From Bugula neritina (Eukaryota; Animalia; Bryozoa), in NCBI GenBank assembly GCA_964035545.1, contig OZ037766.1, forward strand, positions 16,296,722-16,360,721: a stretch of 64,000 nt of DNA, in the 5' to 3' direction. This document shows, in pieces, positions 12,807 to 30,253 of the stretch (positions are counted from its first letter, which is position 1; each line of letters begins with the position of its first letter). Both the position numbers and the translations under genes were made by a program. The notes under the pieces are model-generated. The model saw only the letters and a list, made by a program, of their open reading frames with translations, was not told the origin of the DNA and made no database searches.

Positions 12807-14310
12807 ATTTGCAGGCAAAATTGCTACCTTTCTGCTAGATTCAGAGTGCACTACTAACCTTTTGAGCAGGCATCTCTTTGACACACTCAGTGCACAAGAC
12901 AGGGCAGACGTGGAGCCATACAAGGTCAGCAAAGTCAGCGGGAACAAGGTCAGCTTACGACTGGTTTTCATTCTGGCATTGTTAAGGTCTTCCATGCTAA
13001 CGCTTTACTGGCTAAAAATGTCAAGAAGCTGCGTAGTCTCCAAGAGATGCTACCTGAGGTGGTGACTGACTTATAAAGCCAACAAAGAGGGGCGGTATTT
13101 TAGCATAGACAAGCAGCGACAGGGGTGCACTGTATTCCAGCTGTTTTATCACTGCTGGGACTCTCTTAAACTTAATGGGAATGACTTGCTGACTATCATG
13201 TTGGCTGCTGATGCAGGTCGTCCTGAGTGGGGATGGGTAGTCTGCTCGTTTGCTCTTTGCCGAGAGTTGATATGGGACACCCACAAATAGGCTTATGCTG
13301 GAGTTAATCGGGTGGTCAAGTGCGTACAACTCTGATGGTATTGGCCTGGGATGAGGCGTGATGTTAGGCTCCTGGTACGACAGTGCGAGATCTGCTAGGC
13401 CAGTAAATATGGTCGCCCCACAGGTTGGCCTTAGCAGGCAAAGCTGTTGGCCTGGTAAGCGCCATGCCCTTATCTCACAGAAGTAGTAACTGGATGTTGG
13501 TGCTTACAAACCACTTCACTCAGTGGGCAGATGCCCTGGCTATTTTAGACACGTCAGCCCCAACAGTGGCTCGGGCCATGGATCAGCAGGCATTCTGTTA
13601 CATTGAATTACCTGATCAGATCCACACGGATCCGGGTGCCCAATTCTAATTTTAGCTCATGGGTGACCTTTGGCGGCTCTGGGGATGAATCAGAGTAGAA
13701 CCACCCCGTATCATTCACAAGGAAATAGAGATGTGGAGAGCAACTACTGCATGCTAGGTGATGCTCTACGGAGCCTTCTCCTTGGTAGAAGTCAGGAAGA
13801 ATAGAATGCAGTATTGCCACAGGTTATGCATGCATACTGCAGCACGCCTCAATCCAGCACCTTGGAGACCCTAAGCCGCCTGATGCTTGGTCAAGAGACG
13901 CCGGTCCCTGACCACCTGACCTATCATGTTCTGACCTCAGAAAGCCTAGTTCACGAGTATGTGGGGGAACTGGTTAAACGTATGAGAACTGCTCATGAGG
14001 TGCTACCGAGAAAGCAGTGGCAGGTGCACAGTAAGAATTCTGAGAGCCTCTCTCTGTCAGGTTGGGAACTGCGTCTGAATGACTAGCCACCGTAGGCACC
14101 ACGGACAGTCGGCTAAGTTACAGCTCAAGTTCGTGGGGCCTAACCACATGTACAAAGTAGGCCAATCTGGACAGGTGTCAGTTTAGAATGAGGTTTGATT
14201 GAAACCTTATTGAGCCAGCCCAGATGCAGTGGGTCAGGTACCCTCTTTACTAGAGCCCAGGAGGCAACCAGTGTTTAGGGAGCAAGTGAGACAGGGCCAT
14301 GAGACATTGC
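12807..14310 (+). mobile_element. Decayed, internally deleted Ty3/Gypsy pol remnant (protease and integrase fragments)
   Basis: GC-richer island. Protease-like [16 protein letters not shown]; integrase-core-like LVLTNHFTQWADALA...PDQIHTDPGAQF and PQVMHAYCSTPQSSTLETLSRLMLGQE. Many stops and frameshifts; no RT/RNase H or LTR recognised. Confidence 0.85.
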
Positions 14311-16574
14311 AGCAGTTTATTTTCTGAACAAAACTATATCTTAAACCCACCGTTATTATTATGCAATTTAGGTAAAACAATACTGTATGATAGTATACTC
14401 AACCAGAAGAATATTGTAATGAATTGAATTAACATTTTGTCAATCCATTATAATTTTTAATCTCAATTGTTGTAGCTGTGTAGCTATTGTGGCTATAATT
14501 TTTATCCTATAAAGTTGAATACAAGCAACGGTGATGCTGATAATAATATCATCGCTTGTGGCTATATAGTTATATGAATATTTGACTTTATGGAAAAGCA
14601 GCATTTTGATCTGTTACAATGTAGTTTTTTTACTATTGCATTTTTTGTTGCACTTTGAGCAGTTTTTAAGAGTTTTACAAAGTTTTTAAAAAGAATATAC
14701 AAAGAATAAACAACGGATAATAAAGTTATATAAAGATATTAGGTATTGACCTTGTTGAAACTTGTTCTGACTGTGTGAGGCAGATATAGATATATTGTAA
14801 TAAAAGTATATTCAGAATGGCAATTAACCTGCATCAGTTATCAACGTTTCTGAGACTTTATTTGTTTTCCTGCGGTGCACTTTCTTTATCTAAAGTGTAA
14901 CTTTAGTCTGAGACAGCTTTTGAACGCTTTTATAAAAGAATTCACAGGTTATATACTGACAAATATTTATAGATTGCTAGAAATAAATTAAAAAATGTAA
15001 TTCCCAAACTTGGTAACTATTATGCAGTTGTAATTCAGTATACAGCTGGAGCTAATAGAGGATAGATCTAGTTATGCTACAATGAATACTACTACATTCA
15101 CACTTATACCTGCTCTTTTTCTCTCTTATCATACAGAGGGTTATGTTCTCTGCCTAATTTATTCTAGCCCACAAAATCGAATACAATACTAGGAACAATG
15201 ACAAAATTGTTATCAAAATAATTGTGAAAACTTGGGCTTTCTGTTAAATTAATTTTTATGCTGCATAAACTAAAAATTAAGTCAAATATGACCACCAAAC
15301 CCTTTGCCTAATTTATTTGTAAAACTGATTTTAATTTTGTTTATTAGTTGAAAGATTTAACTACTTCGACTAAAGACGATATTGTTTTAGCAAGTTTGTG
15401 TTGAGATGCATCCATGTAATAAAGAAGCCACATAAAACAAAATGGCAGCTATTTCCTCTTTTACTCTGAATATCTTACTCACCTCTAACATGTTGCGTAA
15501 TAACATGTTGATAATAATTAAAAGGTAAATATAGCTGGTATCAGTTTTCTCCTATAGTGTGTTCCAAGTGAACTCTCTCAAATGTTTGCTTTCAAAAATT
15601 ATTTTTTCAATCAGTTTTGTATCTTTTTTGGTAATAATAATTTTGTCATTGGCTTGGTGTGGTGATTGTGACAATAGATTATAAAATAATATACACCATT
15701 ACCCTGAATATAACTATAGAGTTATCCCACCAAAAACTTTCACATAAGACAACTCTACACACATGTACGAAGTTCAATCACATGAATATGAAAAAGCTCA
15801 TCAGAAAGATAATTTGGGGTTGTCCTAACTACTTTCTGATTCTTGAAGAACATAAATTCGTTAAAATATCGACTCAGCCATAATGTAATTGTACGAATAT
15901 CTTTTGTAGGCTAATCATTTTCCCAACTATCGCACAAATGACACATCAGAGAATGATCACTTGTGTCAGAGATCAGTTTGAATCAGTATCACATCAAACG
16001 AGCATAATGTTGATCCATTGCGTAGCAGCCAGGGTACAAAAGTTCAGCACTTGCGCACATTATCATTAGTTTTGAAACGTTTTTATTTCTGACAAGACTG
16101 TAAATTTAAATTAACCTAATAGTATAACCGCTACTATTAGACTTAGTATTACCATTAGTATAAGTATTAGTATATCAATTTGTAATAACTAATACTAATA
16201 GTAATAGTAATAGTAAATATTAGTATTTAAAGGTTCTAAAAGTAAAACATGGTATTACACTTACTATTAGTATTAGTATTACCATTAGTTAAAGCTTAGA
16301 GCTGATGCTACTACTCTTACTCAATCTAATGTTGAACTTGATAACATCAACAATTTGGATTTGCTTTTAGTTTTAGTTTTACTTTTAGTTTTAGAATTAG
16401 TTGATTTTCACTTTTAAAGTTTTAGTTTTGTCATCAGGCCTACAGTTCCTCATTAGTAATTACTGATTGACTGATTACATTTTGATTTTGATTTATTTTT
16501 ACTGATTTAGTATTGCAATTAGTGGTTTAGATTTACTTTTTTTCTGATTATAATTAATATGATTCATTACTCAC

Positions 16575-16901
16575 TGAAACATTAAGTATAGTGAATATAT
16601 AATTACCTGATAGTTACTCGAAGTATGTAGGCATGACATTGAAGTAACGAAAGAACAATAAAGTGGGGTCTGGCCGGCCAGGGGAAATACAAGGACCAAA
16701 AGTATAGTACTGATTTATAATTATTTTATCACAAAGTCTATCGGCATGTTTCTCTACTGTAGGCTGACATCTTCATCTCGTAGTCTCTCGTTCGTCGGTG
16801 ACCCAATATGTATTTTAATAAACAAATGCACATGACATTATAACGTAGCTTCTCGCTAGTCCGTAATTAGTGATAAACAAAAGACACATAATAATATAAC
16901 A
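16575..16901 (-). repeat. 3' LTR of the Gypsy element
   Basis: Direct repeat of 21075-21401; TG...CA termini; adjacent to the polypurine tract. Confidence 0.96.
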
Positions 16902-16912
16902 TCTCCCTTCTT
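16902..16912 (-). other. Polypurine tract (PPT)
   Basis: Minus strand AAGAAGGGAGA immediately precedes the 3' LTR. Confidence 0.85.
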
Positions 16913-17052
16913 AAGCAGGTGACTTCCTTCTATAACATTGTGATTAAGGTTGCTGAGATTAATAATATGATACGAGTATACATGATTAATATGGATTGGG
17001 GATTAACAATGAAACTAAATAACTATGTACAGGGTGGGAAACGGCTAATAGC

Positions 17053-20000
17053 CTATCCCATGTGGAAGTCCTTGTATTTAGCGGGGAGGACTCCACGGTT
17101 GCTTCTGGGTTGACGCTCTGGTGGTGGTGCCGCGTTCCTGAGAGGTGTTGCAGGCAGGGCAGGCATGTGGGGGGATTCATTAGGAGCATCCCCAACATCA
17201 GAATCAGCAGCATCAGCGACACCAAGGGTCTGTGTGTTATCTGGTTTGAGGTGAACACGATTCCTACGCACTATAGACTGACCGTTGTCAACCAAGTAGG
17301 ATCTGGGGGAGTCATGCTGCTCGACAATCATTCCTGGCGACCATTCTTTGTCAGTGCTTGACCTGATTAGTGCAGGAGTCCCAGGTTCCAGATCAGCCAA
17401 CGGCCGTGCATGGCGGTCATGGTACTTCTTCTGCAAGTTTTGGTTGGCTATTAGTTGTTGGCTAGCCTCAATAACAACTGGTTTAAGCGACTCGGCAGTG
17501 ATTGGCAAATCACTTCTTAGGGCTCTGTTGAACAGAAGCTCAGCTGGACTGAAAGCACAGCCAGTGATAGGAGATTGCCTGTATCTGAGTAGTGACCTGT
17601 ATATATCCTCTCTTTCATCCTCACATTTTTTTAGAAAGGCTTTCATCGTTTGCACATAACGCTCAGCCATTCCATTGGACTTAGGGTAGTGCGGACTAGA
17701 TGTTACAATGGTGAAGCACCAGCTTGATGTAAAAGTTTGCATGACTCTACTGCTGAAAGGCATGTTGTCCGCCAGAATGGACACTGGTACCCCGTGTACA
17801 GCAAATATGGATTTCAATGCCAAAACCACGTCTTCAGCAGTCTTTCTCCTGAGTAATCTCAGCTCCGGGAAGTGAGAGTAACAGTCCACAACTACTAAGT
17901 AATCATTATTCTTATAGGACAGTATATCCATAGCCACTTTATTCCATGGTAGACTTGGCAGCTCATGAGACATTAACGGCTCTTTCTGTTGACGGTTGGA
18001 AAACTTAGCGCAGGTGAGGCAACTTGACACTTCATTCCGTATATCAGCAGATAGCCCAGGCCAATAGAATGATTTCCTCGCAAGCTCTCTGCATTTCTCA
18101 ACGCCCAGGTGGCCCATGTGTAGCGACTTTAGAATGTGCTTCCTCTGTGACTTCGGAACTATAAGCCGCTCTTCAACGTAAAGAAATCCATCCACATCAT
18201 AGATGTCAGATCTAACATTCCAGTAGGGTTGGATTTCTGTGGGGGCCTGACTCCGTCTACTCCATGACCAACCATCTTGCAGTGCTTTTTTCAGACTGTC
18301 CATTGTCGGGTCTTCAGCATATGACTGTCTCATCTCATTCATGGTGCTATCATCGGTTTCTAAGGCATGAACCATTACAACTTCACCTTCGAGATCACAC
18401 TGATCATTTGTAACGCGCTGAAGGTAGGCTCGGGATAGTGTGTCAGCAATATATAAATACTTGCCCGGAACATATGTGAACTCAGCTATCCGGTATCTTT
18501 GTAGTCGCAGAAGTAGTCTTTGCAGCCTTGGGGATGCCTTGTGCAACGACTTGTTCATTATCGGGACGAGAGGTTTATGATCCGTCTGTATGTGAACAGC
18601 ACGTCCATAAAGGTAGCTGTGAAAGCGCTCACAGCCGAACACAACTGCTAGCAGCTCCTTATCTATTTGGGGATAGTTGCACTCAGTCTCAGTTAAGCTG
18701 CGTGAAGCATATGCAACAGGTTTACCTTCCTGTAGTAACACTGCACCAAGTCCCGACTTTGAAGTGTCAACTTGTAAATGCGCATCCTTGGTAACATCAA
18801 AATACTGCAAGACAGGTTCGGATGTAAGCAAGCGTTTAATTACCTGGAAGCTTTCCATTTGTTCTTTGGACCACACCCACTGACTATCACTCTTCAGTAG
18901 CACTCTCAAGGGCTCAGTACAGGCTGACATGTTGGGTATGTAGGCTCTTAGAAAATTGAGAGTACCAATCAGTCTTTGTACTCCCTCTCGGTCTGTTGGG
19001 TCAGGCATGGCCTCAATAGCAGCTATCTTGTCTGGGTCAGGACGCAGACCATCTTTCGATACTATATGGCCTAAATAGCGTACCTCCGTCTGATTCAACT
19101 GAATCTTCTTGCGATTAAACTTCACATTAGCCTCTTTGGCCTTTACCAATAGTTTTCTCAGATTGGCATCATGTTCCTGTTGTGTCTTTCCAGCTACAAT
19201 GATGTCATCAAAATACACTGAGACACCAGGCAAGTCTCCAAATATTTGCTCCACCTTCTTCTCAAAGACTTCAGCACTTGAGTGAAGACCAAATGGAAGT
19301 CTATCAAAACAGTAGCGACCATATGGGGTGTTGAACGTTGTGAGCAGACTACTCTCTTTGGTCAAGGCTACATGCCAGTATCCATGTTTCATGTCCATGA
19401 TGGTGTAGTATTGCATACCATTGAATCTGAAGGCAATGTCTTCTAATGTGGGTATCTTGTGATGTTCTCGTCTCACTGCTCTGTTCAGGTCCTTGGGGTC
19501 TAGGCATATACGAACCGACCCATCTTTCTTTTCAACGCATACCATACTACTCACCCAGTTGGTTGGTACGTCAACCTTAGATATGATTCCAGATGCCTCC
19601 ATATCATCCAGCTCCTTTTTCACTTTGTCTAACATACTGAGTGGGACACGTCTTGGATGATGAACCACAGGCTTCACATTCTCGTCAACACATATCTCGT
19701 GCTCTCCATCAAGTCTGCCAACTCCTTCAAACACCTCAGGGAACTCCTGAAGTATCGAGGTTGACAACTGATCAACTCTGCGGATCAGACCAAAAGATTC
19801 AGCAGCCTCGAGGCCAAGTATGGGAGGAAGGTCCTCATCAACCACCTCAAAGTGGACACTCTGGCTATGCTCCTTGTGGTTCACGGTGAGTTGAACTGCA
19901 CCCACATTCTTGATCTTGGTCTTATTATAGCCGTAAAGGCATACAGAAGTGGGCTTTAGAGTAGCACCAAGTGACTGAACGGTTCTTAGGTTGATGCAAT

Positions 20001-20139
20001 TTGTTTCAGCTCCAGTATCAATCTTAAACTGAATGTCATTGGCCTTTCCTTTGTCACTGACCTTCATCGGAAGAATCCAAGATTTCAATTCAGATTCATT
20101 AGAAAGAGCACCAACAGTACCTATGAACAAGCTATTCAT
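17053..20139 (-). CDS. pol: Gypsy Pol polyprotein (protease-RT-RNase H-integrase), 1028 aa, uninterrupted
   Basis: Protease FKIDTGA; RT LPFGL...YFDD; RNase H QVDTSKSGLGAVL...TDHKPL; integrase HHCC (HMGH...CLTC) and catalytic core (MDI, ADNMPF, NGMAERYV). The reading frame stays open upstream to the A7 tract at about 20190. Confidence 0.96.
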   Translation of the reverse strand: MNSLFIGTVGALSNESELKSWILPMKVSDKGKANDIQFKIDTGAETNCINLRTVQSLGATLKPTSVCLYGYNKTKIKNVGAVQLTVNHKEHSQSVHFEVVDEDLPPILGLEAAESFGLIRRVDQLSTSILQEFPEVFEGVGRLDGEHEICVDENVKPVVHHPRRVPLSMLDKVKKELDDMEASGIISKVDVPTNWVSSMVCVEKKDGSVRICLDPKDLNRAVRREHHKIPTLEDIAFRFNGMQYYTIMDMKHGYWHVALTKESSLLTTFNTPYGRYCFDRLPFGLHSSAEVFEKKVEQIFGDLPGVSVYFDDIIVAGKTQQEHDANLRKLLVKAKEANVKFNRKKIQLNQTEVRYLGHIVSKDGLRPDPDKIAAIEAMPDPTDREGVQRLIGTLNFLRAYIPNMSACTEPLRVLLKSDSQWVWSKEQMESFQVIKRLLTSEPVLQYFDVTKDAHLQVDTSKSGLGAVLLQEGKPVAYASRSLTETECNYPQIDKELLAVVFGCERFHSYLYGRAVHIQTDHKPLVPIMNKSLHKASPRLQRLLLRLQRYRIAEFTYVPGKYLYIADTLSRAYLQRVTNDQCDLEGEVVMVHALETDDSTMNEMRQSYAEDPTMDSLKKALQDGWSWSRRSQAPTEIQPYWNVRSDIYDVDGFLYVEERLIVPKSQRKHILKSLHMGHLGVEKCRELARKSFYWPGLSADIRNEVSSCLTCAKFSNRQQKEPLMSHELPSLPWNKVAMDILSYKNNDYLVVVDCYSHFPELRLLRRKTAEDVVLALKSIFAVHGVPVSILADNMPFSSRVMQTFTSSWCFTIVTSSPHYPKSNGMAERYVQTMKAFLKKCEDEREDIYRSLLRYRQSPITGCAFSPAELLFNRALRSDLPITAESLKPVVIEASQQLIANQNLQKKYHDRHARPLADLEPGTPALIRSSTDKEWSPGMIVEQHDSPRSYLVDNGQSIVRRNRVHLKPDNTQTLGVADAADSDVGDAPNESPHMPALPATPLRNAAPPPERQPRSNRGVLPAKYKDFHMG

Positions 20140-20966
20140 TTGTTTCTCTGCAAGAGCTTTGCCTTTGCAGACTTTCTCAAAGTGATTTTTTTCCCGCAGT
20201 TATGACATGTCTCGCCATAAGCAGGACATCTACCTTTGGCATGTGTATATCCACAAAATTTGCAATCTATGTTGTCCTTACGCGTGTTACTTCTGGTTTT
20301 ATTTTGCGTAGCGCCAGACTGACTCTGCACAGTGCTGACTGCAGCATCATTTATCTCATTGACTGTCTTCATAGTAGTATCACCGGCAGCCATCCTTGAC
20401 ATCTGCTGTTTGGTAATCTCAGCAGCACGGATGTCATCTAAGGCACTCTCAAGTTTAACGTTTTTGTCACGGAGTAGCCGCTCCTTCAGCTTTCCATCAG
20501 TGAGTCCAAACACAATTCTGCAGAGAAGCATTCGGTCTCGCAATTCGCCAAAATCACATTTTGTAGCTTGAGTTTTTAGACGTTTCACAAAGGTGTCAAT
20601 GGGCTCTCCATCACTCTGACTGAGAGACCAAAAAACAAACCATTCATACAACATGTTACGCCGGGGATTGCAATAGGCTTCAAACTGCTCCAAAACATCA
20701 GCCATAACATCCTTGCTTTTACCTGTGGGAAAGTCAAATTGACCATAAATCTCAGTAGCTTCCTCACCAGCCTGGTTCAGAAGTATAGCAACCTGACGTC
20801 TATTAATACCCGCATTCTCAGGAGGAGGCTCTTGGCCACTCTCTTGAGGCTTCAAAACCAAATCACTTGCAAGCAAATAATTTTCCAAGGCCCTTCTCCA
20901 CTTCCTCCAATTGTCTGACACATTACCTTCAAATGATAATTCTCCAGGGGCCTTCAAACCTTCCAT
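20136..20966 (-). CDS. gag: Gypsy Gag (capsid-like region plus zinc knuckles)
   Basis: ATG at 20966 (MEGLKAPGELSFEGNVSDNWRKW...), Mag-type gag motifs (Q...EPIDTFVKRLK...CDFG), knuckle CKFCGYTH...CPAYG and a second knuckle CHNCGKK that completes only in the -1 frame. Confidence 0.92.
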   Translation of the reverse strand: MEGLKAPGELSFEGNVSDNWRKWRRALENYLLASDLVLKPQESGQEPPPENAGINRRQVAILLNQAGEEATEIYGQFDFPTGKSKDVMADVLEQFEAYCNPRRNMLYEWFVFWSLSQSDGEPIDTFVKRLKTQATKCDFGELRDRMLLCRIVFGLTDGKLKERLLRDKNVKLESALDDIRAAEITKQQMSRMAAGDTTMKTVNEINDAAVSTVQSQSGATQNKTRSNTRKDNIDCKFCGYTHAKGRCPAYGETCHNCGKKITLRKSAKAKLLQRNK

Positions 20967-21060
20967 GACAGCTCCAAGGCAGACCAACACAGTCCACAAC
21001 AACAAACAACTAAAAGCTAAACAATCACCACTCCAGTGGCAAAGTAGGGTGTGAGTACGA

Positions 21061-21074
21061 TCTAGCTGCCACCA
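21061..21074 (-). other. Primer-binding site, probably tRNA-Leu
   Basis: Minus strand TGGTGGCAGCTAGA directly after the 5' LTR; TGGTGGCAGC is complementary to the ...GCUGCCACCA 3' end typical of tRNA-Leu. Confidence 0.75.
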
Positions 21075-21401
21075 TGAAACATTAAGTATAGTGAATATAT
21101 AATTACCTGATAGTTACTCGAAGTATGTAGGCATGACATTGAAGTAACGAAAGAACAATAAAGTGGGGTCTGGCCGGCCAGGGGAAATACAAGGACCAAA
21201 AGTATAGTACTGATTTATAATTATTTTATCACAAAGTCTATCGGCATGTTTCTCTACTGTAGGCTGACATCTTCATCTCGTAGTCTCTCGTTCGTCGGTG
21301 ACCCAATATGTATTTTAATAAACAAATGCACATGACATTATAACGTAGCTTCTCGCTAGTCCGTAATTAGTGATAAACAAAAGACACATAATAATATAAC
21401 A
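21075..21401 (-). repeat. 5' LTR of the Gypsy element
   Basis: Direct repeat of 16575-16901; followed (minus strand) by the PBS. Confidence 0.96.
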
Positions 21402-22302
21402 CTCACTACTACTCATACTGTACAGTGTACTAATACTTAAAAGTTTAAGACTTGGTCAGGCAAATCACCTTCAAGCTCAGCCACTACTTGTACTTCACTA
21501 CTAATATTTGTAGTGGTACTAATAGTGTTAATTATACTATGTCTATTACAGTTTGTCATTATCATTATGAAAATTCAATTTTGTAGTGCTGCTTAATATC
21601 AACTTCATGATTCATAATTCACAGGTATATGAATAATAATAATAATACAAACCTTTAAGTTTATAACAATACTCAATGCTTAATAGTCTGGCTTTGCCAC
21701 AACTTCTTTCACTTTAGGTATTTTGTTTTTGTAGTTTTTATCAAACTTCAAAAATATTTTATAATGACCTTTACCAGTCTTAGTAATTAAAGCTATAGTA
21801 ATAATTGTTACAAAGAGTAAATAAATTGAAATAGGTATAACTATTTGCAATAAAGTTGAGGGTAAATGTATTTGATTTTAGATGATGATCAAAAAATCAA
21901 GTAGTAGACTGGGGACAAAATCACTCTTAATTTGTAATTTTTATGTGATATTATTCATCCAGGCATCTAACTTATCTTAGAGATGGCATTTTCTTATTTA
22001 AGAAGACTAGTCTTATTAATGAATATATGTGATTAGTTTATGTTTGATTCATGATCAATGCTCACCCAGCAGTATGGTTACTAAACAATTTAATTATCTT
22101 TAGGCTTTCAAGTTCAAAATTTCTTTTAGAAATTAGTAATTTTGTTCACAATGAAAATGAATGCTAAATACGATCTAGGCCTATTGTTATATACATTATT
22201 TTTTGATACTTTCTTACAGGTTGCTAAATACTGACTAAAATATAACAGTTAAAGTTGTAATTTGAAACTAATCTAGACAAGCATTCAGCAGCATAAAATA
22301 AA

Positions 22303-28858
<6,556 letters not shown>

Positions 28859-29049
28859 GTGTTATTTCTTAGTGTTTTAAAATACCTTCTTTACATATGA
28901 ATTTAATATTTATTATTTTGATTATCTATTAGTAGGCTACTATTGATTTTGATTTTTTATATTTAAATTCTAGATGCAACAATTAGGGTTTTCAAACAAT
29001 ATTAGTAAAACTGCTAAGTTAATTTTATAATGTGTGAAGCTATTATTTT

Positions 29050-29906
29050 CTAGAACTCGTACTTGATGGCCAGGCCATTGGAAACTTATTGCCAAGTTTT
29101 CCTATATTTTTTAGGGCTCATTTCTTCTAGTTTTTCGTTTCCCGCTGTTCATTACAAACTTTTGTTTCAACATAGAGATGACAACTCCATATTTCAAACA
29201 CTACCTTCATTACCTGCCCTTATTGTTAATAAGAAAATATAGGCAGTAAATGATTTAAAGGTATATAAAAGCATTCACAGTAATTTAGAAAAAGAAAGTA
29301 AAATAAGAATAAATATTAAGTCCCAAGTGTAATTCTAATATCTGCCTAACTTTTACTTGGTCTGCTAGCACTTCTTTAGAGATACGGGCTGATTTATATT
29401 ACTATTACTGTGAACTAGTCAATGTCGTACCAACAGACAAGCGAAATTTTAAATATCAGCTGCCAACAAATACAGTTTCCGTTTTTTTTGCAGCCCATTG
29501 ATGATTGGTATATGCACAAAAGTGGGAATTGTTTTTTGTGAACGGGAGTTGGTTTGTTGTGAACATATCAATCATTGACTGATGCTGTTTTGTTGAAGCA
29601 AAAGAAGCATTTTATCCTTGTATAAAGCAATAAAGCACGATATAGAATTTTGAAGCAAAAAGAAGAGAACTTGGTTAAAATTGTTTTTTGAATTTAAGAA
29701 TCATTATATAAATAAAAGCAATTTTGACATTTTAGATGCGAATTTTTTTCAGTAAAACATGCAAGATGTTAGTTGGTGTTGCATGCAGCAAAAATTGTGA
29801 AGAAGCTTCAATAGCACCAAGAATTGAATACCCTTAGTTCGATTTCACTATTTACTTCAAGATTAGCAATACTAAAATAGGCCAGTGAAACAAGTACGAA
29901 TTCTAG
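29050..29906. mobile_element. Putative non-autonomous DNA transposon between the GALT 3' end and the convergent gene
   Basis: 16-bp inverted termini CTAGAACTCGTACTTG (29050-29065) / CAAGTACGAATTCTAG (29891-29906), one mismatch, TA/CTAG-type ends; no ORF. Confidence 0.55.
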
Positions 29907-30253
29907 TGGAAGTTAGCTATAACACAACATGTAGAATTAACTAATCATTTTCTTGTTAGTCAATTTGAAATTTAGGTAATTTATTTATTCTTATATAAGT
30001 TACTAACAGACGATACATTCATATTTTTTAGGCATTTATATTATATCTGTTGGTATACTGACCATATTATATGCTTATTTATTGATAATTATGTAATATT
30101 TATTTCCTATGGAAACTCTTTCTGTTTGGTGCAATATATTTATTTCAATAATTTTTGAATTATATTAATATTTAATATAATCAGGCTTCATATGGTTTGC
30201 TTTATTTATATCATCTCTTTAAAAAGAAACCTTGTTTATCTCAATAAATTTTG

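Larger units (their letters stand above)
16575..21401 (-). mobile_element. Full-length Ty3/Gypsy (Mag-like) LTR retrotransposon, 4827 bp, recent insertion
   Basis: TG...CA-bounded 327-bp LTRs at 16575-16901 and 21075-21401 with no difference found on reading; 5-bp TSD CTCAC (16570-16574, 21402-21406); PBS, PPT, gag and PR-RT-RH-IN pol on the minus strand. Confidence 0.97.

Noticed and set aside
12488-13065. Four overlapping YI/IY-repeat ORFs
   Set aside because: Translations of the microsatellite; only the 3' part of 12673-13065 is real (dead protease fragment).
16919-20571. Plus-strand ORFs antisense to gag/pol
   Set aside because: Short shadow ORFs of a long coding region; no env-like or other features.
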